A program made the translations under genes and the position numbers. A stretch of DNA of 64,000 nt, from positions 1,116,001-1,180,000 of the forward strand of contig OZ116711.1 in NCBI GenBank assembly GCA_964199315.1. Direction: 5' to 3'. Shown here piece by piece: positions 37,948-49,700 of this stretch (the first letter of the stretch is position 1; the number at the start of each line of letters is the position of its first letter). The notes under the pieces are model-generated. The model searched no databases. It saw nothing but the letters and a program-made list of their open reading frames with translations, and was not told the origin of the DNA. The stretch is from Orbicella franksi (lineage: Eukaryota).

Positions 37948-40900
37948 ATGTTTAAAATGATAATTCCATGTCTACATTTGAGAAAGGGGACCCTCGTGGA
38001 TCCTAGCAACGGAGAGAATGTGCAAGGTTTATCTACGTGCCTTGATATAATTTCGCTGTGCCCAGAATTTGCCATCGTGTACCTAGATAAACTGAAGGAG
38101 ACCAAAGAGTTTGGAAAGAAACTTGTACACGCTACTTCCTGTTGCGGTGTTGAATATGAAGCGGACAGTGCAGAGGAGGTGTTGGATTTACTGGACGGCG
38201 GTGCAAATCATGTGATCCTCAGCAAAGAACATCTGGATGTCTCTGGTCAGTTTATACCTAAAGAAAGAATTATATGTAAATTAACAGGCTCAGAAACATC
38301 CATTGGAGAATTAGGCAAGGACATCAATAACTTGAAAGAAAGAACTTCAAGTTTTCTCTTGCCTTATGAGCGAGATTCTCAAGTTGATGAACCATTGCTG
38401 GTTGGGTTTGCAAAAGAATTGAAGAGCTCTCTGTGTGATGATGTGAGACTTATCCTCTCTGTTGATGACATGATTTCATACTCCACCATCTCACAGCTTC
38501 ACTCTCTTGGCGTGCAAGTACGGATGAACGCTACTTGGCTGTTAAATGAGCTCAGTCTTGGACAGATCATTTCATCTTGCCTGAAAAGTGACCGTCCTGA
38601 TGGACTCATCCCTACTCTAGTGGTAAGTAATGCATGACTTCCGCTACGGGGTACCCCCTTCTATGGGCTACGGTTTTTTGGCATTACAGGCTATATACTT
38701 TTGCTGTCTCTGTCATAAACAAGGTCTGAACGTCAGTGTCTCAAACAGGGTATACTTACATGATCAGAAACATAATGCCTAAAAAAGAGGAAATAAGGAC
38801 CTTAGATACTTTCACTCTTTGGGGGAGGGGGGAGTGAGTAGTTGTACAAGGAAAGACACATCTTCACTTTGCGTGTCATCCCCAGGGTCCTTTTTTTCTT
38901 CATATGTGGAAAGAGTCCTGAGAACAAGTTTGCTCTGTACCACAACTCATTTATTAAAAGGATGTATCGGGCTATCTATCAGATCATTATCGAATGAAGA
39001 GGTACATAAAGATCTAGCATAATGGGCCTACAATATGTGTAGAACCAGATAATAATTACCATCATAGGCTGACAATATGTGTAGAGTGCTAGACTACTTA
39101 CCACATTGATAGCACTTTGTCATGTGGATAGCATTGTTTATTGTTTTTATTTAACAGACTATTATGAAGAAGAACAGCACTATACCATCGATCTGAGATA
39201 GAATCAACTCTTAGCCTATCTTAGACTAAATATTAATGGCGTGCCTCCATCCCAGACTTGCAATAATATTTACTACCAGAGTCTAGCATGTTTTCCTTAA
39301 TTTTAGATTTCTTTTATTTTTGTTTAATTTTGTTTCCAGCATGTTTAAGACGAGACCTCTGTACCACTCTGCTTGCTTGTATTTGAGTATGCTTCTGAAC
39401 AAATTATTTTGTCTGTTTCCTAGTTATAGATAAATATCAATTTTCAATTCAAAATCAATGTTTGTTTTCAGACAGATGAGCACAATGTGGCCCTTGGGTT
39501 GTGTTACTCCAGTGCTGAAAGCATTCAAGAAGCAGTAAAAACCAAGAAGGGTGTTTATTGGTCAAGAACAAGAGGATTGTGGAGGAAGGGGGAGACGTCT
39601 GGTAATGAACAGGTATGGGTCTGAAAATACCCAATCCAAATTTTGTAAATAGAGTGGGTGACATTGCCCTTTGAGCTTGACGGGCCAATGTCACCACACA
39701 GTTACTGCTGGCTTGTACACGTATGACCCAGTTAAGTAGGTCAAGTCTGCATACGAGCCAAGTGGCCCATCAGGCTGGAGCTTATCCTGGTTTCTGTAGC
39801 ATGAAGTGACTAGGAGTATTTCTACTCCCCCCTGGATGGGATGCTATTCCATCACAGGGTTACCTCCAGCATTAAGGTAGCCAGTACCTATTTATACATG
39901 TACACCTGTGTGGAGAAAGGCACTGTGAGAATAAAGTATCTTGCCCGATAACACAACACAGTGACCCTGGCCATGGCTTGAAACCTGACCGCTCAATCCA
40001 GAGACGAGTGCACTAACCATGAGGCCACCACGCCTCCCATAACATGTATGACCTAAAGGACTTATAGTTATTCTTATTGCATTTTTTTGGTAGGATTTGT
40101 TAAGAGTTTATTCAGACTGTGACTCTGATACTCTGAAGTTTGTTGTGCGTCAGCAAGGGTTGGGTTTTTGCCATCTTGACACCTGGTCCTGTTTTGGAGC
40201 CAACAGTGGATTGCCATTACTGATGAACACATTGAAGTCACGCAAGCAGTCTGCACCTCCAGGATCCTACACAGATCGTCTTTACAATGACAGCAAACTA
40301 CTGCATGCTAAGATTTGTGAAGAGGCAGAGGAACTGTGTGAAGCAGAAAGCAAAGAGGAGATTGCTTGGGAAGCAGCTGATGTTTTGTATTTTACATTTG
40401 TGAAATGTGCAAAAGCAGGTAATCAACTATATTTCATAACGTGTATGACCCTTTTTACATCGGAACTTTCTCAAAGACATATCAAAGCCTTAAAAAGTCT
40501 TTTAAGACAATTGTGTTTGTGTTGTTTGTCACAAATAATGCTAGGAAAAGTAGTGAATTGTGTTTCATTATTATTTTTGATATTCTCTTTCTCATAGGAG
40601 TGTCGTTACCTGATATTGAAAAGGTTCTTGATCAGAGGTCACTCAAGGTGAGACGACGCCCAGGCAATGCAAAACCTGACAAACTACCATCCATTAATGG
40701 CCATCCAGTTACCATAGCAACAGGACATGCCCCTCAACAGAGTAATCCATCTGCAGTCAGCACATGCAACTCCATTTTGAAAAGCTTTGATTATCAGCTC
40801 CTCGGTGAAAAAGAACTGCAAGATCTTTGTAAGCGCCCTGCTGTAGTGGAAACAGCAAAGCTGGAGGCTATTGTTAGACCCATCATGGTCAATGTACGTA

Positions 40901-43900
40901 CCAGTGGTGACAAGGCTTTGCTAGCGTTAACAGAAAAGTTTGATAAAGCAAAACTGTCCTGCCCTGTGATTGATATGACTGCAACAGGTGAGCCTCATCT
41001 GGACCAGGAGATTAAAGATGCAATTGATTTGGCTTACGACAATATTTACAAGTTTCACAAGGCACAGCTTAACCTGGAACCCCTTGTGGTCGAAACATGC
41101 AAGGGTGTAGTGTGCTCTCGGCATGTCAGACCCATTGCAAAGGTAAGTGACTGCTATCATATCTCACTTTAAGTGGCTGTTGAACTGTATGATTTGTGTA
41201 TTCACAGAGTGCTACCACAACATTTTACCAGGTGCCCTTTAAGCCAACCGTAGCATTGATAATTTTTAGTAAATGGAATAGCAATCTTTGCTCATTGTAA
41301 AAATCATGAACGAAGAATAATTTCAAAAGACATATTTTAGGTTAACTCATGCTCAACTCATGACTTGAGCTCGAGTTTCAAGGCTTGAAGTATTACTGTT
41401 GTCCAAAAATACTACCTCAACTGAATGCAGTGAGGTTTGACATATATCACTGATGCCTCAGTGTGGAAAATCATTGTACAGGCCTTCCAATGCCAGATCT
41501 TCTGTAAGTTTATTTTTTGTAGGTTGGACTCTATGTACCTGGTGGAAGTGCTGTGTTGCCGTCAACAGCTCTTATGCTTGGTATTCCAGCTCAGGTTGCA
41601 GGATGTGAGGAAGTTATTTTGGCCACACCTCCAAAACAAGATGGATCTGTCTCCCTTGAGATTCTTTACATTGCAAAGAAAGTGGGAGTTTCAAAAATAT
41701 TACTTGCAGGTAAATTGGCCATGTATTGTACAGTACTAGAGAATTTCCATCCAGTACCATAGCTAATAGTACAGTATACTGATGTTACAGAGAAAAAAAA
41801 GAGAAATAGTACAAATATCTTAATTTAGACATTGAAAGAGAGATGAAAAGGTATAGGTATTTGCAGAGCTTCACCATTGTAATTTAATTAAGAATTAAGT
41901 TGTCCTCAATGTATCATTATATGAGAAGAAATGAAGGGGACATTAATATATTCTGGAGTGAATATTTGCATTTTGTATACCCAAATAAAAAGTCTGGCAA
42001 TCAAAAAGTAGAAATGTATGCTCTTGTTGTCTATTGTCTAATGACTAATGTTCAAATCAGGTGGAGCCCAGGCAATAGCTGCAATGGCTTACGGAACAGA
42101 AACTGTACCCAAAGTAGACAAGCTGTGTGGACCAGGAAATTCATTTGTGACCATGGCTAAAATGTTGGTACAAAACGACAGCTCAGCAAGTGTCAGCATT
42201 GACATGCCAGCAGGACCTTCAGAAGTTATGGTGTGTACTTACATAGCATTAACTAGTTCAGGGGTTCTCCTGGCAAATAGACCAGCTGTCAGAACGATTT
42301 TGCCCGTCTGGTGTGATGATTGAGGGGAAATTTTTCTTATAAAGAAGTTCAGTTCAAAATGTTTTGTTCGCCTGTGGAAATCTGTTCCCCTCCTGCTGAA
42401 AACATTAATGAAACCCCTGCTTGTTTTAAGGATTCAATGCATTGCAAATGTCTCTGTACATACTGCAGGCCTACAATTCTTTGGAGGATTAGAAATACTC
42501 AAAGTCACTTCATTCCACAGAAACCAGGGTAAGCACTGGCCTGATGGGCCACTTGGCTCATATGCAGACTTTTCCTCACCTTACCATGTTTGAAAACAAG
42601 TTAAATACCAAACTTTACCAAGGGTAAAATTGAACCCCAACATAACATCAGTTATAAGGGAGAGACCTTTGTAATGTCCTCCTTTTAATCTCATTACTGG
42701 TAGGTCATAGCTGATCAAAGCGCAGATCCTTCGTTTGTGGCAGCTGATCTTTTATCACAAGCAGAGCATGGAACAGACAGCCAAGTGGTTTTAGTGGCTA
42801 TTAATTTGACTGACAAACAACTTGATGTTATACAGGTACATGAAACTGTCTTAATTTTAGGCAATAGGGAAAAAGGAATGAAAGACCTTGAAGCTCAGCC
42901 AGTCAAATTATTGTTACCTAGCATATCAACAAGGACCACAAGTCTTACCATTGCAGTCAGTGACTTTAAAATGTGCGCATGGGCCAGGATTCCACATGTT
43001 CTTAGACCAAAGGGTATTGTAGTAGTTTTGGGTTTGATCAGTGTTTTCTTGAGCGAGGGGACTCGAGGGGACTCAAGGGGTCTCTTCTCAGAAGTTGTTT
43101 CCCCTCCCCTTTCTCTCCTTCTCTCTTCACTGTTTTATCAGTGTGAGGGGTGCCTGTTTTTCTCCCTTCTGTGTGGGGGCTCATGGCTGGGTTTCCCGGA
43201 TTGTCCAGCCATGGGAGCGGTCTCCATCAAACAGCTGAGTGCCAAAAGTGGAACCTCCACTTTGTGCTTAAAGGCAGTTGTTAAATGATAAAAACTCCAA
43301 CTTGTTTCACTGCAAACCAATTCAGTAATTGTATGATTTGGAATTTTTAGAGTCAACTGGATGCCCAAGCAAAGAAACTACCTCGTGAAAAGATCGTCAG
43401 AGAATCCCTTTCAAAGAGCTTTGTGATAAAAGTGTCATCTATGAGTCAGGCACTGTACTTTAGTAACAAGTATGCTCCGGAACATCTCATCATCAACACT
43501 CAGGTGAGTATAAAAAACTGACGAATAATCCCAACTTTATGTTGTAAATATTGAACAGGAAAAAACACTGTGTGGAAGTACTCAAAAGCTTTCATTTGAA
43601 TGGTCATACAGTGAAGGTTTCATCAAAGGCTCAAGTTACAACCAACTTTTACCACATAACAAACATACCACACAAAAGTACAGTTCAATAGTTTTCATTT
43701 AAATCACCACCTTGACATGAACACAGTGCTCATCTAGTGTAGGAATTGCCACACTGGATATTAGGGAAAGGCTTCAGGTAATATATCAAACAGAAGAGAC
43801 AGTGTTTCATTGGGATATCCCAACACTAAGGAGAGAGTTGAAAATACAATGCACAGCGGAGCATTTTTGATGAAATTTGAGGTGTGTGGATAGCCTATGA

Positions 43901-44107
43901 AACACTGTCTCTCGTGTTTGATATTTTAATAATTTTATTGCCTGACACCTTTTGCTAATATCCAGTGGGTGGCAATTTCTACACTAGTTGAGCACTGTTT
44001 TTGATATATCTTCTCAATCAAAGCAAAAACTAAGAGTAAACGGAGAAGTAAAATCGTCAAAATCTATGTTAATTAAGACCGAGTATCCAGACCTCCTTCA
44101 TGGTTGC

Positions 44108-44141
<34 letters not shown>

Positions 44142-44835
44142 AAGTTGGAGAAAGTTAGATGCACACCAGTTGACATATATTATACTTGTTTTAAAGGAGC
44201 TCAGTCACGGTTTGCACATTTTGAAAAGTTTAGCCTAATTTTAAATTTCAAATTCTTTGTTTGCAATCCGTGTCAATCTTTGCCATCCTTGACCATACTT
44301 GTTCCTTTATGGTTTATTATTCTCTCTTTGATGTTTTTCTATCTTAGTAAACTATTATTTTCAGGTTTCCTTCCATTTAAAGGAGATTTTGCACGTGGCC
44401 AAAAAAAGACAAAACACTGTGACTGAGCTCCTTTAAAGGTGGACTTGTGTGAAAAAACCATCAGTTAAAAACAATTAATAGCAATGTTGCAAGAGCTTTT
44501 CCCTTATTGATGGTCAGGCTGTTTCATTTGCTCTGTAGAATGCTGAAGATTGTTTGAAAGATATACAGAATGCAGGGTCTGTTTTCCTTGGTCCGTATTC
44601 TTCAGAGAGCTGTGGAGACTATGCTAGTGGCACAAACCACACCCTGCCAACCTATGGCTATGCACGCATGTACAGTGGTGTATCAACAGCATCATTCCAG
44701 AAACATATCACTGCACAGTGTGTGTCCAAGGAAGGTCTGGATAATATAGGACCAGCAGTGGCAACGCTTGCAGCTGTTGAGAAACTGGATGCTCATCGTA
44801 ATGCAATATTGATAAGACAGGGACTAATGAACTGA
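37948..44835 (+). CDS. HIS4: Histidine biosynthesis trifunctional protein: PR-AMP cyclohydrolase (HisI), PR-ATP pyrophosphohydrolase (HisE) and histidinol dehydrogenase (HisD); fungal HIS4/his-3 architecture
   Basis: 9 exons: 37948-38622, 39472-39612, 40094-40418, 40598-41142, 41523-41709, 42061-42230, 42704-42835, 43351-43503, 44539-44835. They total 2625 nt = 874 aa + stop; the start could instead be ATG 37957. HisI motifs: [31 protein letters not shown]. HisE motifs: [21 protein letters not shown]. HisD motifs: [67 protein letters not shown]. Confidence 0.97.
39741..40038 (-). mobile_element. tRNA-derived SINE, near full length, in HIS intron 2
   Basis: The minus strand begins gggaggcgtggtggcctcatggttagtgcactcgtctctggattgagcggtcaggtttcaagcc, containing a Pol III A-box-like TGGCCTCATGG and a B-box-like GGTTTCAAGCC. 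The body is shared with copies at ~8.1 kb and ~45.4 kb. Confidence 0.8.
43783..43924. mobile_element. MITE with 28-bp TIRs
   Basis: Left atatcaaacagaagagacagtgtttcat; right atgaaacactgtctctcgtgtttgatat (2 mismatches). Confidence 0.8.
44195..44432. mobile_element. Kolobok-type non-autonomous element (TTAA TSD, RR termini)
   Basis: TTAA at 44191-44194 and 44433-44436 flank perfect TIRs aggagctcagtcac / gtgactgagctcct. Confidence 0.8.
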
Positions 44836-45314
44836 CAAAATACACAGATTGTGGATGGATGAAGCATGAACTCTTAGTCTCAAAGACAAAACAAGATTGT
44901 ATTAATTTTTATAAACATATTAATTTTAATGTAATAGAACATCTGACATGCTCCTGGTTGTCTGTTGCAAGACTTGGCAATTGTGAATAACAGCTTTCCC
45001 CCAAAAAAATTTTAAAAAGTTATAATAGGAAAGACAGAAGTCAAGTTTATGTGTTTAGGTTACCAATGTTAGTCCTATAAGGAAAAGTGAGAGCAGAAAA
45101 GCCCCCGACCTTACCTTTGAAAAGTCTGATACTCAGGCTCGGGCGTAACTCAAAAGTTCTACCTCAGTCTGTCACTGTAGCATTAAGTGACTAGGAGAGG
45201 TGCTAAGATCTGATAGTATGCTAGTCCATGTTTTGCTTTCTTTTTGGAAACTTTTTTGTCACAGGCTACTCTTATTATTAAACAAGGGCTTGCAAGGAGA
45301 ATATCTCTGTCTGT

Positions 45315-45590
45315 GTTGGGCCAAGTGGTCCTTACAGCCAGAGTTTATCCTGGTTTCTGTAACATGAAGGGACTAGGAGTACTTTTACAGGATATATTGA
45401 TGCTATTCCATCGAAGGGTTCCCCCTCCCCACTAAGCCCAGCATTAAATTTACCAGTACTTTTTACCTCTGGCCTAGATGGATAGAGGTACTGTTTCCAA
45501 AGTGTCTTGCCTATTGACAGAATGCAATGACCCCAGCCAGGGCTCAAAACCAGACTGCGAAATCTCGAGTCCAGCTTGCTAAACACTATG
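45315..45590 (-). mobile_element. tRNA-derived SINE copy
   Basis: Colinear with 39741-40038: gccaagtgg, ttatcctggtttctgta, gactaggagta, gctattccatc, cagcattaa, tcttgcc, tgaccc...cagggctc. Confidence 0.75.
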
Positions 45591-45714
45591 CCTCAACTGT
45601 TAGCTACTCTAATAGAGTATTAATATCACGTCAAACTGATTTCATCAAAAGATGGCATAACAGTTCAGACTCTTGCCACTATTATACAAGTTGTGGATTG
45701 TGTTCAGCTCGTAT

Positions 45715-45905
45715 TGTGTAGTTCCAGAAAATATCCATACCTCCCCCACGAAAGGGATTTTGTCTACCACCTCCCCACCCCGCTGGAAATTCCAGTTAAG
45801 CTTCATACATTTCTTTAATTTTTTTGGTCTTCCAGAACCCCCACCCCCCCTGGAAATTCCAATCCCTTCCTTGAGGGGAGTATGGATATTTTCTGGAACT
45901 GCACA
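45715..45905. mobile_element. MITE with 26-bp TIRs (best-preserved copy of the family)
   Basis: Left tgtgtagttccagaaaatatccatac; right gtatggatattttctggaactgcaca (1 mismatch). Confidence 0.85.
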
Positions 45906-46712
45906 TTATTTGTCATGAGAGAATTGAAATCAACCAGACAAAAAGACTAAGGTTCATGGAGGATCATCTTTCCCCTCTATACCACCTTTATTGTTCCAAA
46001 GCAAAGCAATTCTAAGAAGTAATGAAAACAATTCATGGGTGCAATATATATTTGAATAACAAATTACATCTACAGAAAGTGTATGTTATAACGATATGGC
46101 ACCAGTTTTGTTAAACTAGTTCCTATGTTGCAGTGTCTTTGGTGACAGTGATGGAATTTGGTATTATTCTCAGACTGTATTTACACCAAAGGAAAATTGA
46201 CCAATTGAAAAATAATGTTTTGAATTGAACTCAGATCCCATTTTCATCATGGAGGTCCACACTATTGGAAACAAAATGTAACAAGCTGAAAATTCCTCTC
46301 AAATTACTATGGGATCCAGAACAACTTGTGCTTTAATTTTCAAGCCTAGTATTAAATTTTGTTTTTGGCTAAATGAGACAACTAGAAAACAAATTCCTTT
46401 ACTGCTGTGCATCCATCTAAATATGGATACATTTCTCAGAAGAAATTATGGAATCTGTAAGTCTCCACTTTGTAAACTCCTTGTGTACTGGATTACTTTG
46501 GTGCAAACAGTGATATCTTCATACTTCCAGAGAAAAAAAGGTGGCATGTAAATTTCTCCTTTAAACTGAGGCCAAGGTTCTTCCTATTTTGACCTTTAAA
46601 AAGATTCTCAGAACCTATTTGTAGAATTCTAACAACAAATGTACACAGCACATTTGCCTCACCAAGTATTTTGTGAATACATTCCATTACTATAGAGAAC
46701 GCAAAGGTTTCT

Positions 46713-49700
46713 TCAAGATTTTTCAAGCAAGCAGATAGGATTCCTGTTCACCATTTCAAGATCTACTTTGTGTCCTATTAAATCCCTGATGTTGGAAATC
46801 TTGTACTTGATCATGGTTGGTCTGCAAAGGGCAAAAAATAATAGATAACAATTTAAAAACATCACTACAAAACAGCCTTCCATATCAAAAAGGACGGGGA
46901 TGCTAAGTTGTCATCTTCTGTAAGGGTATAAATCAAGGATTCTGGTGTTGATGAGGAAATGCCAGAACTTAGCTGTCAAAGTATCTTTTAGGGTTCAGTC
47001 AAAGAAAAAATAATAAAATAAACCCTGTCATTTCCGTTTTTGGCTTGATTTCTGCACGTCTCTCAGGTCCCCACCCTTCCTGAACAGCCGCTGATAAACG
47101 AGCATATTCTGTTTAACATGGTGCCTTTTAGGGCCAAATAAAGCTTGAGCCATAGACCCTTTGCATAAATGGCACCTACGTTTAAATAAGAATACTTATA
47201 CATCCTTAGCCTCACATTCATGTAAAAAAATCCTTTGTCTTGAAACATGAGTACGAGACTAAGGATGTATGAACTATTGTCTCTCAAATTTAGGCACCAT
47301 TTATGCAAAGGATCTATGCCCAGACAGGTCTCCTTTAGGGGTATAGTTCAAATTTTTCAATGAGCATCCCCATCCTTTTCACATGGGAGGTCCTACGGGT
47401 GTAAGAGCAATACAAATAAGCCATAGTCTATTGCAAATCAGCACCCATTCTGATTTACGTTACGTAACAAAAAATGATACCATGCGGTTTTTGTTCTGAC
47501 TATACTACAGTCAACTCAGTTGTGACTTCGAAAGCTTACTGGCTTAATTGTAAATAGCACATAAGTTCACATGTCTTCTGTGGTAGAAAAATTAAATCTT
47601 TTATCAACAAATTATGCAAGCAACACTTAGGCTTGATGTGCTCAAATCAAAACTTATTAAATGTAATTAAGATGCCCATTTATTAATCCAGATGAAACTG
47701 TATTGACATCATACCTTTCTAGGGAGAGTCCCCAGGCAATGACTGACACATCTTTAGGCAAACCCATGGGTATTAACATCTCAGGTCTAAACACTCCAGA
47801 ATTGCCAACTTCAACCCACTTTTTCAGGCCTGTGAAAAATGAAAATCTTTAACTTTGTGTCTGCAAACTTAAAAATCCTAATAATTATTGTGACCTATTA
47901 TCAACCTCTCCAAAATAACTTTTTCCACAAAGCACATTCCAATAAATTCAGCCATTTTATTTATCCCTCATTTTCTAATCTTTTCTCCAAATTTGTCTTC
48001 GGTGTAATTTGGCTGAGAAACATGGAGTTGAAATCTAACAGAGGTGAACAATGAAAACATTCCCAGTGTACTAATAAATTGGTACCAGTGAAAAGTATTT
48101 ATTACCTTCATGATAACTGAACACTTCCATACTTGGTTCTGTATAAGGATTGAATGCAGGCTTAAACCTTAACTTTGTAATACCTGAAAAAAAGTTATGT
48201 CTTGTCAGGGTGTTATTTGATGAATGAGCTTATCAAGATCTACACAACAGAGATAACACATTAAGAAGGTAGTCTATTGGACTGATGAAAGGTTAACACT
48301 TGTCAGATCTGGACTAAAAAAAGAACCAAGAAAGTTAGAAAACCTTAAACACATGCTAATGGTTGGAACATATCAATGCAACTCAAATTGAAAGAGCTAT
48401 TTTAAAAACTCTTACCTAACTTCTTGAAGAACTCATACAGTACGCCAATCAGATCACCAAGTGTCAGGTTATAATCAGCAACAACACCTTCAATCTGATG
48501 AAACTCTGCTAGGTGAGTAGCATCTAGTGTCTCATTCCGGAAGACTCGATCAATGGAGAAGTACTTGGCTGGTGTGAATTTTTCCTGTGAATTGAGACAA
48601 AAATTGATGTTTTCGTGATTTGTGATGGAAACAATTCACATGTGTGGTGGTGGATGGTAACCAGACAAATTCCAACTGATCAAAGGAAGTTTGATAGGAA
48701 ATCAATCCTAAAAAATCATAAGATCATATAAAAATGTGTCAACAATGTGCAGTTCAAGAAAATATCCATACTCCCCCTGCAGAAGGGATTGGAATTTCCT
48801 GCAGGGGGAGGCTCTGTAAGACCAAAATATTTAAAGAAATTTATGAAACTTGATTGGAATTAACAGAGGGAAAGGGGTCTTAGTATGGATATTTTCTGGA
48901 ACTACACAGTGTGATTGTCTTACTGAAAATTATCAAAGTCACAAAGAGAACCTGTTGAGCCAGTTTGTATAGCATCCTAGCACTGACTGCAGTTGTGTGA
49001 GTCCTGAGAATGTTCTTCTTAGCTTCTTCAAGTTTCCACTCATATTGATATCTACAAAAAAAAATATTACAACTGTTTGGTCATTACACAATTCCACAAT
49101 TTTAGCTACCGGTATACAAATGTCTCCAACACGCAGCTACATGTCATGCAATTTTCTAAGAGTATGGAAGCAATGGCATTGTCATAAAACAAAGTCATGA
49201 AACGTCAACTCATTAGAGCAGCTTCTAAAACGGTAACATATCTACTGCAGACCAAAAGATAAATAGTTAATACACTCTGTATTTATAAAAAATTACAAAT
49301 TTGAAAAATTATTGACAATATCATTGTGTTAATGAATCACACCTCGCGCTAGCTTCCTTGAAATTAGGTACGTATGTACATTACTCATAAAAATTTCTAT
49401 GAGCAATCTAAAGCTTTATTCAGACTGTAACTAATTAAAAGTTCAATATTATGATCTTAAAAAGTGCTTACCCTTGTGATCCATGTCCTCCAGACTCATG
49501 CATGTTCTTCACTTTTTCAATGTAAGATTGAGGCATCTCCTCTAACTTAGCATACTTAGGATCTAAAGTAATCAGAAATTGTCCGCTGTGTTGTTTAAAT
49601 CTTTATTCTTAAATTAGCTACAAATTAAGACCACAAAATGTCTGGTCTGATTGTTGCACAGGTTGTGTTTTAATAGTATTAAGAGAGTTATAATTACAGT

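Noticed and set aside
39960-40038. Possible tRNA gene
   Set aside because: It is the tRNA-like head of a SINE; there is no proper acceptor stem or cloverleaf, and the body is shared with other SINE copies.
40419-40597. HIS intron 3 is open in two frames, with the acceptor TAG acting as a stop
   Set aside because: The intron is short (179 nt), so this can occur by chance, and retention would cut HisE before its end.
37948-44835. His gene as a bacterial operon fragment or symbiont/fungal contamination
   Set aside because: It has eight spliceosomal introns containing host SINE/MITE copies, and it is contiguous with animal YIPF1 and FARSA.
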